From Eledone cirrhosa (taxonomy: Eukaryota): DNA of 64,000 bases. A model generated the notes under the pieces. It did no database searches. It had not been told where the DNA came from and worked only from the letters and a program-made list of their open reading frames with translations. The stretch covers positions 115,630,001-115,694,000 of the forward strand of contig OZ024740.1 of assembly GCA_964016885.1 (NCBI GenBank), given 5' to 3'. A program made the position numbers and the translations under genes. This document shows, piece after piece, positions 43,573-57,759 of this stretch. Numbering within the stretch: the stretch's first letter is position 1; each line of letters begins with the position of its first letter.

Positions 43573-44314
43573 CACACGGTGTGTGTATATATGTATGTGA
43601 GTATATATGTATATTTGTATGTACATACATATTTATGTATGTACGTACATATGTGTGTCTGACTAATTATATATTTTTTTCTCTTTTATTCGCTATATCT
43701 TACTTCTTGTGAGATCTTTAGACATTTAGATTGCAAAACTAACAAACATTATTTACAATCGTTGCATTTAAACTTTACTTAAGGAAACCCAGCTCTTATT
43801 TACAAAGAAAACGAAATCTGGTTGTTTCAGATGAACATTTCTCCCCCTATCACAAGTCAACACGTTTGTAAGAGAGTGGGTGTATTCTTTCATTCTAATA
43901 CTGGTTTCAATAATTTGACTGCGGCCAAACTGGGACACTGTCTTAACCAGATGTTGGTTGATCATATTGACTCCAGTACTTATTTTTTCAAGTCTGGTTC
44001 TTATTTTTATCGATCATCTTTTCTCGAACCGTTATTTTTCTGGATATACATACTGACATAAACATAAATACACACACGCATGCGCGTGCACACACACACA
44101 TTATACGCCTTTCCTCGCCAACCACCGTACAGTGTGTACTGGATGCATTTTATCGTGGCACAGGCACTAACAGGTTTAGAGAATATGCATGCATGGTGCC
44201 TGTGGAGCCATAGGGGCGCCGTATTAACATATGGCGTTTCTAAAGCATTTTAAAACCTGACGGAGCTCACCTGCTCTCCAGGTTTTCCAAAGGTTTAAGC
44301 AAGAAAGAGATATA

Positions 44315-44480
44315 GAGGAAGAATCGACCCAGTACTTGACTAGTACTTTTTTTATCGACCTTGAAGGGATGAAAGGTAAGCTTGACCTCGGCGGTATTTG
44401 AACTCAAAGTGTAGCGAGTCGGAACGAATACCACAAAGCATTCTATCCGACGTTCTAACGACTTTGCCAATTCGCCGCCT
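44315..44480 (-). mobile_element. Major-family SINE
   Basis: tttatcgacc.tgaagggatgaaaggtaag...ggtatttgaactc. Confidence 0.75.
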
Positions 44481-44578
44481 ACGTAGAGAGTATAGTTATC
44501 TTTATTTTTGTTAGGCATTTATTTGAACAGTTGCATCGGCTCGATCTGATCAAAGTCTGATATTTAATGACTCTGCAA

Positions 44579-44897
44579 TCCACATTTGACGGCTTATAAG
44601 ACGCACCTCAATTTAGGCAAGCTTTTAACAAAAATAAATAAATGGGTTTAAACTAGGAATGTCAGGTGAAGGTATAAAGTTTGTACATCGTATTTTTTAT
44701 CATTCTATTATACATCATAATTTAAGTTGTAATATTTTAGTACATTTTTAAAACATAAAGTGTGAAAATTTAATTTAAGGGCTACAGCAGCACTAGAACT
44801 CCACTAGCCAGTAACCTAAACTGACTCATGAAGCAGGTTGGTTTTCTGTGACATTTTTTTAAAAAGAAAATGCGTTTTATAAGCCGTCATATTCGGT
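44579..44897. mobile_element. pogo-type MITE
   Basis: TIRs tgacggcttataagacgca / tgcgttttataagccgtca; the right end reads attcgg-TA. Confidence 0.6.
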
Positions 44898-45597
44898 ACT
44901 TATAAGATAAGAACAGAGAAACTTCAACGAAGACTACAGTTGCTAACACATTTATCATGAAAGAATTGATGTATCAATTTAATCTTTTCCTTATCATATT
45001 TCTAATGAAATACGTAGTAGATGTGTTTCAATTAATTTTAAAGATAATCAGGCTCTTGGAACGGTTTGATAAAATAATTAAGCTCTAAGATTTAACAGAT
45101 GTGTTTTGCGTATAAATTTGAAATCAAGTTTTAAATAATCCGATATATACTTGAGGCGATCTCACGCGTGTTGGTATCAAGATGGTTAACGAAATTGCGA
45201 AATGTGTTTGAAAGCTAAATAGAATCGATTACTAAGAGAGGTTGTTGCAAGTGTTATTGTTGCTGTTTCTCAAAGATTATATATATACGTGTGTGTGATG
45301 GGAGGTGCGGGCTGTCAAAAACGTAAAAGTTTAACTGTAGGGCAGAAAACCTTTATTGACTCTACTTTTCGTAAGTATAGAGTACTAAGTTGAATAAAGG
45401 TCGTTGGCGAGAATGGTTTGCGGTATCCGTTCCGGCTTCCTGCACTCTGAGTTCAAATCCCGCCAATGTCTCTTTTGCCTTTCGTCATTTGAAAGTCAAT
45501 AAAAAGAAGTACCAGTCCACTGCCGGGTTCTATTTTTCTTTTATACCTCTTTCTCAACTCTCCTCTACACACACATACACGTACACATACATAATAC

Positions 45598-45694
<97 letters not shown>

Positions 45695-45764
45695 TAGCTA
45701 TAAATCGAAGTTGTAGCCATTCTGATATATACATATATATATATATATAGTTTTAATATAGATG

Positions 45765-45815
45765 AGATTCTACAGGACTAGAACTGTTTCATTCTTTAGA
45801 AATCATCAGGAATCT
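45765..45815 (-). ncRNA. Type I hammerhead ribozyme, mirror of 46347-46397
   Basis: Exact reverse complement of 46347-46397. Confidence 0.85.
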
Positions 45816-46346
45816 GGCTTTCCAAAAATAAATGTTGTGGTATTTATATCTTTTCAGGTGGCAGGAGATGGTGGGGGAGTGGGATGGGTGGAGGTCATTG
45901 GTTGAAAGAAAAGGGAATTCATTAAAAGCTAATTCTTTAAGGCTATAGTTTATATTTAGAGTGACAAAGTGACACCCAATACTTTGAACTGGTTTATAGA
46001 ATTCTCTTGGCCTTTGTCACTCTAAGTAGAGCTTTAAAGAATTAGCTTTTAAAGAATTTCCCTTTTCTTTAAATCCATCAACCATGACCGACCCCCAACC
46101 ATCATATAGACACCTGAAATATAGGCATTGTTAGCTTAAGAGAAATTTAAAAATAAGGAGTGGCATCCCATTCTGAACCTGTTTATAGAATCCTTTCTGC
46201 CTTTGTCACTCTAAATATAAACTTAAAGAATTAGCTTTTAATGAATTCACTTTTCTTTTAACCAATGACCGCCACCCATCCCACTCCCCACCCTCTCCTG
46301 CCACCTGAAAAGATATAAATACCACAACATTTATTTTTGGAAAGCC

Positions 46347-46397
46347 AGATTCCTGATGATTTCTAAAGAATGAAACAGTTCTAGTCCTGTAGAATCT
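46347..46397 (+). ncRNA. Type I hammerhead ribozyme
   Basis: AGATTC-CTGATGA-T-TTC-TAAA-GAA-T-GAAA-CAG-TTCTAGTC-CTG-TA-GAATCT: 6-bp stem I, stem II, 4-bp stem III, GUA triplet with predicted cut after 46391. Confidence 0.85.
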
Positions 46398-46970
46398 CAT
46401 CTATATTAAAACTTTTATACTCTGCTATGTATTGAGTACGTTACTTACTGTGGTTACCTCCGATTCAACCCGGAATAACTTACCTATATATATATATATA
46501 CATAGTAGCACTAACGTAGCCAATATATATATATAATATATATAGCTATGTTAGTGCTGCTGCTAATTATTATTCTCTCTCTTTCTCTCGGTCGCCTTCA
46601 CACTGAATTATTCTAACATATAATATACATACACATTCATACACACTGTATACATACACATACATACATTCACCCACATTATATACATACATATGCACAC
46701 ATTCGCACAAACATTATATACATACATATACGCACATTCACACACACACACACTATATACATACTCATACACACATTCACACACACTATATATATATACT
46801 CATACACACATTCACGCACACTTTTCACAGACACATATACACAACACGGAAGAACATTGTCACTATATCGGCTATTTCTGCTGATTATATAGAGAGAGTT
46901 GTCATTGACAACATAAATATAGATATATATATATGCATATGACAGAGAGTGTGTGTGTGTGTGGTGTGTG

Positions 46971-47072
<102 letters not shown>

Positions 47073-47973
47073 GCGTGGTTTAAGTAGATTGTTTGTTGTG
47101 GTTCCTTGAGGTTTCCGCTAGATAAGATATATATATATATATATACCAAAGTGTGTGCATTAATCTAAATTTAGAACACCAGCGACATCAGATATCAGAA
47201 ATCAACACAAAAAAAGACTAATTTTACAACAACGATTTTAAGGCTAAATTCTACATTATAAGGTTACTTGGTTGAAAAGTTTCTACAGCTGTACTATCAC
47301 CAGTCACTTTAGAGTGTACTGATTGCATTTATCGTGCAGAAACAAATACTGAAGCATTTTATATCCAATGACAGCCAATTCAACGCCTTGATAGTCTGAT
47401 GACGTTGTGAGAAACAGGTGAAACATGCTGGGATCTGTTTGTCAGGAAACATTCAATCCACTGCTTTCCACAGACTTCAATGTTGGTTAGTTTCTTCAAC
47501 AGGGTTTGTGGTCTACCCTGTCAAAAATGTTGCTGAAATCAACGTAAATTAAATAACATCCGCGCTGGAACCATCTGTAAAAGCAATATAAATACATAAA
47601 TATATAAATGCAAATATACAAATATATTTCTTCAAAAGGAGATTAATCATTATTGCAAAGCATCTTATATTCAAGGTTCTTGTTAATTTTTAATATGTTA
47701 CCTCCGTAACTATGTGTGTTTACACGCTTTACAAATTATCCCCTGTAATTGTTTGATGTGTTTATTTTATAATATATATGTCATCCTACTTTTAATTTAA
47801 TATAAATGCTCGGATTTACTACTTGGAATCTTTCAGCTTATTCTACAGGTGGTATGGCGCATGATTCTGATATTCTCAGACGTGACATCCTTAATCTAAT
47901 TTTAGTAGTATATGTATATAATTTTAGCTGACTGGCTGAGGCCATACTGGGACACCGCCATTGTGGGGGGTGC

Positions 47974-48043
<70 letters not shown>

Positions 48044-48160
48044 CTATGTGTGTGCGTGCGTGCGTCTATGTGTGTGTTTTTTTGTGTGTGTGTGTGTGTG
48101 CGTGTGTGCGTGTGTGTGTGTGTGCGTCTATGTGTGTGCGTGCGTGCGTCTATGTGTGTG

Positions 48161-48236
<76 letters not shown>

Positions 48237-48972
48237 TGTGTGTGTGTGTGTGTGCGTGCGTCTATGTGTGTGTTTGTGTGTGTACATATGGATGCCTATG
48301 GTAAATAACATGTTGGTGTCATCTCCCAAAGAAGATGCGTCAGGCTGTCCCTGCCATCAGGGAACCCATGCTGGCTGGAGTTCAACAGATTGTTCCTTTC
48401 AAAGAAGTGAGTTATTTCTGATAGCACCACCCTCACAAATACTTTAATGGTATGAGAGGTGAGTGAGATTTTGACGGTAATTCACTCCATGGGACTTGTT
48501 CCGCTCTTTGGAAACGGGACGACAGATCAGGACAGGAAATATTCTGGGATATAGCCTGCGCCCGGTTGGTTTCTCTAAAGATTAGCAAGAGAGGATGCGA
48601 GTTGATGTCAGGACACTACCAGGGCACCTATCGGAGCCTACTGCTGTGTTGTGCTTGATTTTGTTTTAGCCGTTATATCAGGGGTGCCAAATATTTTGTC
48701 AGATATAGCACGTTGTTGATTAACATCACTGATACAGCCTAGATCAACTATATCAAGGTTGCTGAAAACAGAGCAGTATTGTTTCTACAGTGTCTCACCC
48801 ATGAATTTAGCATTCTCTTGGAAAGATGTTAATCATTTTTTTCAATTTATAGGGAAATTCATATTTTCTGGCATGCTTACATGCCTACATAATAGATGAG
48901 TCTCGGTCACACACATTGTATTTAACGTTATCATACACTTCGCCTTTCTTACTTTATGTGTTTATATATATA

Positions 48973-49037
<65 letters not shown>

Positions 49038-49073
49038 AATAGGATTTCGCTTCAAGCATAGCTTTATACAATA

Positions 49074-50051
49074 CTAGCAGCAGTACCCAGCGTTGCCTGG
49101 GTAGGTAAAATAATATCTGCTTTGATGAAAAGGTGTTGATCTTAGCGACTGCTTCTCGATGACTCATCTATGGCCACACACAGGCCATGCCGGGAAAGCT
49201 GGTGATGACCTCTATCACTGAGAAACGCGGGTGACTGACGAAGGGGCATGCTGGGGGAGGGAGGTAATGACCTCTAACACTAAGCCAAATTTCCTCACGC
49301 TAGTTGATTGTAAATCGATGAATTCTCAAATACACAACTAAAAGCTCAGACGGCGTCAGTGGCCATCGTTTTGCCTTTGACCATCGAAAAGATGTACAAT
49401 GATAGGTTCTATCGTAGTATAAAAGTTGAACCAAATAAATTGATTTATGTATGAGGTGGAGCCGAAGTTTCGAATTTGAACGAAATCGGTTGAAAAGGCG
49501 TAAATTTGAGGGAAAATGTGGTATTTTCAAATATTTAAGTGGCTGCCACGCCGTTCCTGAACAAAAAATCCAAAATGTAAAGCCACTTTAAGACGTGAAA
49601 AATCAGATCTAGTGCAGTGTAAAATTTGAACAAAGTAGGTTGATTAATGTGGGATTAATTTGAGTCTAAAAGTGGTATTTTTGACTATTTAAGCGGCTGC
49701 AACGCCGTCCCTGAACAACAAATATGCAAAATATAAAGCGATTACAGGATGTGCAATGATAGATTCTATTTTTCTTTAAAATTTGAACGAAATCGATGGC
49801 AAAATGTGGGAGCTAGAGCCAAAATTCTTATTTTTCGATACCTAAAAAAAGGTGCCCTCCCCCTACCGATTTTTATCTGCAGAATGACCCCGGAATAAAA
49901 GAACGATACGCTGATATATAAAAAATACTCCCCGATGACTAATCTATGAGCCTGTAAAGTTTCATGAATATCGGTCGTAAGATGTAGGCCCCTATAGGTA
50001 ATACACAGACACACACACACACACACATACTTAATGTTATATATATACAGA
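49074..50051 (-). mobile_element. Non-autonomous Helitron
   Basis: Minus strand starts A|TCTGTATATATATAA followed by (GT)n and ccgatattcatgaaacttt. Ends tacccag-gcaacg-ctgggta hairpin, then ctgctg-CTAG|T. Confidence 0.8.
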
Positions 50052-50425
50052 TGCATAGAAATTTCGTATTTCGAAAGAAATACGATTTTAGGAAGCCGTA
50101 GCTATGCGAACACCGGGGATATATATATGTATATATATGTATATATATACATATATACATATATGTATATGTATGTATATATGTGTGTGTGTATGTGTAT
50201 GTGTGTGTGTGTAAATAGGGAGATACAAAGCAGGCTTTGTTTAGAAACGGCTAGCGAATTCGAAAATTAGGTAGTAACATGTGCTTACACCGTATTTGAC
50301 TAAGTAGAATTATTATGTTAGTTGAGATTTAAAAAAAAAACCTCTGAATAGAAAAAAGGATGAGTATTGACGTACATGGGACGCGAACACACATCTTTGG
50401 TTTGCTGGACCAATGTGTTACCATT

Positions 50426-50470
<45 letters not shown>

Positions 50471-50486
50471 CGTGTGTGTGTGTGTG

Positions 50487-50524
<38 letters not shown>

Positions 50525-50960
50525 TGAAGATGTTAATGGTGGCACAGCCTTTCTCAATATTTGCACACATTCAAATACAGTTATTCAAACAATCAATCAC
50601 GTATATATTCGATATGTAACCCAGACAAACTTGATTCTAGCCATATACTATCGTATTTGTTATCTAATCGATGTCTCAGTCGTTGTCATGGTCACGAAGC
50701 GAACTTTGTCGCTGTGTTAGTGGACACATTTGATATATGTTATCTAATGACTCAGTTAATCATCAATATTTTGATGATCATAATAGCGATGACGACAAGA
50801 GCGGCGGGGTGGGGTTATAGGGATGGTCATGGTGTTAGTGGTACTGGTGGTGACTATATAGGTGGTGATAATGTCACGTGAAGATAATAATGATAATGGC
50901 GCTAATAGTAACGGCGGCAGCAGCGGCGGTGGTATGTTTGCTATGGCAATGGTGTTAGTG

Positions 50961-51300
50961 GTGTCGATGGTGGCTATATTGGTGGCGATGAGGAAGATGT
51001 TAATGGCGGTAGTAGCGGTGGCGGCGGTGATGTGGTTGTTATGGTGATGGTGTCGATGGTAGCTATATTGGTGGTGATGATGATGATGATGATGTTAATG
51101 GCGGTAGTAGCGGTGGCGGAGGTGATGTGGTTGTTATGGTGATGGTGTCGATGGTAGCTATATTGGTGGTGATGATGATGATGATGATGTTAATGGCGGT
51201 AGTAGCGGTGGCGGAGGTGATGTGGTTGTTATGGTGATGGTGTCGATGGTAGCTATATTGGTGGTGATGATGATGATGATGATGTTAATGGCGGTAGTAA
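50961..51300. repeat. Minisatellite, period 89-95 bp, about 3.6 copies
   Basis: tgtcgatggt recurs at 50962, 51051, 51146 and 51241. Confidence 0.9.
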
Positions 51301-51417
51301 CGGTGACGATGAAATATCCTGAATAGATAATTCATCAGTTTCCAATGTCAAATGTCAACGTGACATAACTTAACTGAGAAAAAGGTTACGTACATGCATA
51401 CATATGGATATACTTCA

Positions 51418-52026
51418 TGGCTGCCCCCTTGTTATCGAGTCTGGTCATTGCACGATACAACCTTATTAATAATTATCAATTAATTCTATCGTGCAATGCC
51501 TGTGTGTGAAGATTTCTTTTTAAATGAGGAAAGACTGTGCACTGAGCGAATCCCACTCTCTGAGCGACAGTAGCTATAACCTGAAAAGAAGAAAAGATCA
51601 ACATCATCGGTAACTACTGAGCCGCAGGTTTTATGTCGGAGTTATCCCAGTTTCCTAAGTTGCCTTCTTCTAGAAGAATGCTCTGGCAAAGGCTAGGGGT
51701 CCTTCACTCCCAGTGGTTTAACCCCACGATCGGGTATCCAACCCGATTATTTCTATGTCCACGCGCATATACATACATATGCATACACATATATACATAC
51801 ATACATATATATATATGTACATACATATTTACACATTTTTGGATGGCCATTGACTCTTATGAGTTCTTCCGCCCTTTGTCAGGTTTTGTTTTTATCCTGC
51901 AAGGTGTTCAAAATCACCCTCCTCACCAAGTAAACTTGGTGGGGTTGCCGATTTAGTCGCCGACGACCCGACCATGCGACAGGTTGTACTGGTCTACATG
52001 TTACCAGTAGCACTCAAGAGTGACCC
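51418..52026 (-). mobile_element. (CATA)n-associated RTE-5'-like repeat family, longest copy
   Basis: Colinear with 42710-43175 and 32875-33051. Adjacent 52035-52170 is an RTE-like 3' end (CRKLCKPTAGLQSHLR). Confidence 0.7.
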
Positions 52027-52185
52027 GATAAATACATACATATGTTGAGGATTGCAGCATCTTCACAGACGATTGCCGTCTTTTATTGATTCTACGTTGT
52101 CATCCATTACATCGTAGATGACTTTGTAGGCCAGCTGTAGGTTTGCATAGTTTACGACACAGGTAACACCCAAAGAGAGAGAGGG

Positions 52186-52218
<33 letters not shown>

Positions 52219-52329
52219 GTTTTGGTTTGAGTTTACATATCTGTATATCCACTCTGCATTTCCCCGTGCATTGATTACTTCCATGATTAATGATCTCCCC
52301 GGTCTCAGCACCACCGCAGACCCCTCCCC

Positions 52330-52385
<56 letters not shown>

Positions 52386-52424
52386 TTCTCTCTCTCTCTC
52401 TCTCTGTATATATATATATATATA

Positions 52425-52800
52425 TCTTAAAGGAAGGTCTGCGGGATTGCGTCCAGAATATATTTTTTTACCCCGTTTGTAAAATAAGTTGGATTACTTT
52501 GAATAAATAATTGTTTCTACTTTAGGCACAAGGCCAGCAAGTACCCAGTGCATTACTGGTACTTTATTTTAACGACCCCGTAAGGATGAAAGGCAAAGTC
52601 AACCTCGGCGGGATTTGAACTCAGATCGTAAAGGGACGTAACTATGCTGGAAAGCATGGCGTCCGAACCTCTACCGATACTGCCAATCCACCACTACTTT
52701 GAATAAATAATTGTTTCTACTTTTTGGCACAAGGCCAGTAATTACCCAGTACATTACTGGTACTTTATTTTATCGACCCCGAGGGTGGTTTTTCTGCTAG
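52425..52800 (+). mobile_element. Non-autonomous Helitron carrying SINE copies; deleted sister of 57760-58745
   Basis: A|TCTTAA..aggaaggtctgcgggattgcgtccagaata 5' end and gggtggtttttctg-CTAG|T 3' end. One full and one partial antisense SINE inside. Confidence 0.8.
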
Positions 52801-52990
52801 TATAAGTAATGGATTTGACATGATCGATTAAATGAAGGTGGTGCCCCAGTATGGCCACAGTCAAACAACTGAAACCAGTACAAAGTAAAAGAGTGTGTGT
52901 ATGAATTTATGTGTGTATGTATGTATGTATGTATGTATGTATGTATGTATGTATGTATGTATGTATGTATGTATGTATGTATTCTATTTC

Positions 52991-53420
52991 AGGTCGCTCT
53001 TCAGCGCTACTGGTAAAATGTAACCCAGTACAACCTGTACAGGATCGGCTAGTCAGAGACTAAACTAGCAACACAACCAAGCTTGCTTGGTGAGGAGGGT
53101 GAATTTGTACACCCTGAGGGATGAAAAAGAAAACCTGTTAAAGGGTAGAGAAATTCAAGAGAGTCAACGGCCATCCAATAAAGTTTTTTTTTTTTTTTTG
53201 TGTGTGGAGCGAGAGACTCCTAGTCTTCATTAAGACATCTCTCTAGGAGAAGGTCATGTTGATATAAAACCTGCGATTTAGTTTGCATCCAATGATGTAG
53301 ACCAGTTTCTTGGTGGGTAAATGCATTCGATGTTCAGAGAGTGGGATTGGCCCTGTGCAAAGCCTTTCTTCACATAAAAAAACTTCAAGTACAAGCATCG
53401 TTTGATATGTGACATTCTGT
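52991..53420 (+). mobile_element. Diverged copy of the (CATA)n-associated family following (TATG)n
   Basis: Reverse complement of 51840-52026 and 43310-43572. Confidence 0.7.
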
Positions 53421-53673
53421 TTTTTCATATTTAAGATGGCTGGTCGTAGCTGGAATGTTTTTAACCTTAGGTCTGCTCAATCAAGGATAATATGAGATCT
53501 AAACAACAACATCTGTTAACCATTCCTATCTGTTACGTCTGCTGTGTGTATAGACAAATGGTGTGATATAAAACCTGTTTAAACCTGGTTTTCTAAACGT
53601 ACATGCACATACACACACAAAAACACTAACAAATATATAACATATATATACTCTCACACATAAACACACACAC

Positions 53674-53708
<35 letters not shown>

Positions 53709-53751
53709 CATATTATATATGTGTTAGTGTTTATATGTATAAATATATATG

Positions 53752-53793
<42 letters not shown>

Positions 53794-53999
53794 AAGTCAT
53801 ATCCACACACACACACACACACATATGTATATATACATATAAAAATATATATACAGAGAGACAAAGATAGGGATTATGTATGTATGTATGTATGTATGTA
53901 TGTATGTATGCATGCATGTATGTATGCATGCATGTATATATGTACATATATGTATGTATGCATGCATTGTATGAATGTATGTATATATGAATGTCTATC

Positions 54000-54080
<81 letters not shown>

Positions 54081-55399
54081 ATGTGTGTGTGCGTGTGTTT
54101 ATTTAGTATTCTGAGTAACGGCACCAATTAACACACCTGGTCTGCTTTGTTCATTTGGGAATGTATGTGGTGTTGCGGGGGGGGGGGGGTTGTGATGTTA
54201 GTGGTTATGTTAGAGGCTCGGGTAAGAATTCTTATACACCCACGCCTCTGCCACTACCACAACCTCATCGAAATTATCATCACAATCATCATAATCATCA
54301 TCATCATCATCGACATCACCAATATCATCATCATCATCGACATCATCACCAATATCATCATCATCATCGACATCATCACCAAAATCATCATCATCGACAT
54401 CACCAATATCATCATCATCGACATCATCACCAATATCATCATCATGATCGACATCATCATCAACATCATCCTCATCATCATCGTCTCAACATCGACAACT
54501 GAATAATGAAAGGTATGTTATACTACAAACAATCGAGAGTCTTCTGTCAAATGTCAACGACCGGGACTGATTGGTTGAGGAGGAGGCGGGGGGGGTAGAC
54601 GAAGAAGATGAAGAGGGTGGGGGGAGGGGGGGTTTGATGAAGAAGATGAAGGAGGAGGAGGAGGGGCAGGAGGAGGGGCAGGAGGAGAAGGAGAAGAAGA
54701 AGAAGAAGAAGAAGAAGAAGAAGAAGAAGAAGAAGAAGAAGAAGAAGAAGAAGAAACCTATAACCAAAGCCTTGTGAGTCATTGAATCACATTTGGTAGA
54801 GGTGAAACTCTGTTGTAGTTTGTTTTCCCTATATGATCAGCATCAGCATCATTACTACCACAACCATCATCACCATCATCACCACCATTATCATCAACAT
54901 CATCATCATTGCCATCGTGATCATCGTCGTCGTCGTCATCATCATCACCATCATCATCACCATCATCATCATAATCATCCACATCACCATCATCATCATA
55001 ATCATCAACATCACCATCACCCTCATCATTACCTCCATCATCACCATCGTCATCATCATCACTACCACCATCATCACTTTCATCATCATCACTACCACCA
55101 CCACCACCACCACCATCATCATCACCATCACTACTACCAGCATCCTCTTTATCATCATCATAATCATCATCATCATCATCATCATCGTCGTCCTTACAGT
55201 GATAATTTCATTTCCATTTTTCCAAACTCGCATGTATTAGACAGTTCTTCTCCAGCACGTCTCACCACTTGTGATCTATTCTCATATCTTTTGCAAGGAT
55301 CAACTTCTGAAATCCGCCTTTATTATTTCTTCCCATGCCTTCCTCTTCATCGCCTTACTTCCATTGTAATCCCTTGGCATTTCTTTACCCAACTCAACT

Positions 55400-55760
55400 G
55401 TCAGTACCGGTCGCTCTTCGACAGGTTCGCGGTCGTGCCCTTGGCGGGGGAGACTTCTGGTGTCCTTGGCCCTGGGGCTACCTCCCTGCTCACCACCATA
55501 GGCGCTGAGCTCGCCTGCCGCAGGTATGGGCCTCGCGGGTTGGAGTGGCTCTTCCAGCGCATCTCCCTTACCATCCTCCGGGGAAGCGCCTTCTCCGTTC
55601 TGTCCGCCGGGGCTGTGGGGAGGCCAGCACGTGGCACCTCATTTGCTCACTATACGGAGAGATGGGGAGGGCGAGAGAGATGGAGGCGGTGACAGTGGGA
55701 GTTCGGCTCTTCCTCGTTCGGACCATATCCTTGTGGTTGTGTTCATTAAGCATTCATAAC
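55400..55760 (+). mobile_element. 3' end of an RLE non-LTR retrotransposon (CRE-like)
   Basis: GC-rich island encoding FAVVPLAGETSGVLGPGATSLLTTIG...WLFQRISLTILRGSAFSVL, matching the ETxGxxG...QRISxxxxRGNA C-terminus. Confidence 0.75.
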
Positions 55761-55799
55761 TGATTAAATATTCACCACAAACATCTCATTTCTGTACCA

Positions 55800-56054
55800 G
55801 CGCAATTTTCTCTTCTGCACACTATATTCAATTTCTCTCATACCCTAGTTTTCTTTCAACTCATATGTACTTCGTCTTACATTCACACTAATATTACACA
55901 TCCACTGATGCATGCTCAATTCACTTCTTTCCAACCTCAACGCATCCTCTACATTCAACGCGCATTTTTCGCTTTCGTGCAATATCGTACTTCGTAGGCA
56001 GCCATCAAACAGTTTACTTTTCACTCGAAGAGAATAACCTGCACCTTTTCTCAC
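55800..56054 (-). pseudogene. RTE LINE ORF fragment
   Basis: SLRVKSKLFDGCLRSTILHESEKCAL...RLERSELSMHQWMCNIS. Confidence 0.7.
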
Positions 56055-57077
56055 CCTGTTCTTACTCTGACTGTCGGAACACCCTCCTTTATTACGTTAC
56101 CTAGGTAAGAGAATCTGTCAGCTAGTTCTAGCATATTTCTGGGCAATTGAGGAATTTCATTTTATGGGTGCAACATTCAAAGTCCTTCTCTGTTGGCCTG
56201 CCTCTGATCCCCCTGCATCTCTTGTATGCCTATGGTCACCGTATGGAATTCCTACCTACTTATTATGTTTTTAAGTTGGACACGAACATGGTTAAGATAT
56301 CAGGTCCGCTGAATGGATAATCCTTAATATAATACGTTAGATTAGAGAGGAGGGTATGCATACTCGTTCGTAATATGGAAGAATATTGGAAGAACGATCA
56401 TGTAAAACTTTAGTAAATTGTAGCTCTAGCAGGCTAGACATTATGATGAAGGATAGAAAAAAGAAAGTTTGTGCAATAGGGAAGATTAGTTGCCCAGTTG
56501 ATGTTAACATCAACGGTAAATAAAGATAAGAGATAAAGAATACATCTCTAGCAATGTAATACGAAATCTGCAGATACTCCACCTGGATTATATAACTTAC
56601 TGTTTCAGCTCCCTCCGTTTGAGAAGCTCCCCCTCCTCTCAAAAGCTAATTAAAAATTTCATTGTGAGGCTTGAGATTTTGCCGGATGTATAAGCAGGAG
56701 CCTGGTTTGCCTTAAAAATGTGAGGGGGACAAACCAACATTTGTTGATTCTTAAAGGAGCATGTTAGTATTGCTTATGGTGCCTTTCCCGAACCCTATTT
56801 ACACTAATTAAATTTTATATATTCAAATGAAGTTCGGATATAAAAAAAAATAAGCTTAAAAAGAATTTATTATATCAAATAAACAAAAAATAAAATATAG
56901 ACGTTTGAAAAAGTGGGGTGGGATGCTTGTCCCCTGGTACCCCCCTGAAACAAGGTATAAGGGTCAGTGACGTCTTGGGTGAGATACAGCTTTCCCTTGT
57001 ACTACATTCTCTTACATGCCATTAACACAATTGTGAAAATATGTCAAACATCCCAAAAGTTTAGCTTGTAATAAATA

Positions 57078-57333
57078 AATATACACACGTGTAGACATAC
57101 AAATGTATGCCTATGTATACGTACACAAGTCAAAATATACACACGTGTAGATATACAAATGTATGCCTATGTATACGTACACAAGTCAACATATACACAC
57201 GTGTAGATATACAAATGTATGCCTATGTATACGTACACAAGTCAAAATATACACACGTGTAGATATACAAATGTATGCCTATGTATACGTACACAAGTCA
57301 AAATATACACATGTGTTGACATACAAATGTATG
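57078..57333. repeat. 56-bp minisatellite, about 4.5 copies
   Basis: Unit aatatacacacgtgtagatatacaaatgtatgcctatgtatacgtacacaagtcaa. Confidence 0.95.
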
Positions 57334-57759
57334 ATTATGTACAGGTACATACGTCATAATATACAGATTCTCGCATTAGTAGTTAGATAATTAATTTCCA
57401 TACTGCATTAATGCAAAACATCCAATGAGCGAGAAGACTAAGGTTTCATTTTTGAAAAATACTTTTTATCTTGAACTAGCAAACTAATTGAGTTGAAAAA
57501 AGGGAAGAAAAGGATTATCTGGGAATTCCGTGCTTTAGTTGGGTAAAAATAAATTTCTCCGGCTAAAGAACAAGGCCCCCTGTTATAAACTTTTACCTAA
57601 ATTAATTAACAACCCGCCCTAATGGGAAAGTGGAATACCGTTGATGGCAAATAGTATAACAAAAGTTGAGCATGTCTGGTCTATTGAATATATGAAATAT
57701 TAATACAGTATACAAATGTTGTAAATGTAAACTAACTAATATGCATAAGTCTGCTCTAA

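Larger units (their letters stand above)
45749..46484 (+). mobile_element. (TA)n-flanked non-coding fold-back element with two intact hammerheads in opposite orientation
   Basis: 45749-45969 is the reverse complement of 46201-46413. 45985-46120 is a diverged direct copy of 46170-46310. The right arm has a tail of about 70 bp containing GTATTGAGTAC. Confidence 0.85.

Noticed and set aside
47396-47453. CTGATGA...GAAACA...TGTC hammerhead-like string
   Set aside because: Stem I cannot form, stem II is weak, and it is not in a (TA)n-bounded insert.
54793-55692. 299-aa His-rich ORF
   Set aside because: A (CAT)n tract read through into a retrotransposon C-terminal fragment; chance fusion.
57078-57333. 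Regular repeat array as a possible CRISPR
   Set aside because: Head-to-tail 56-bp units with no unique spacers, in eukaryotic context with no cas genes.
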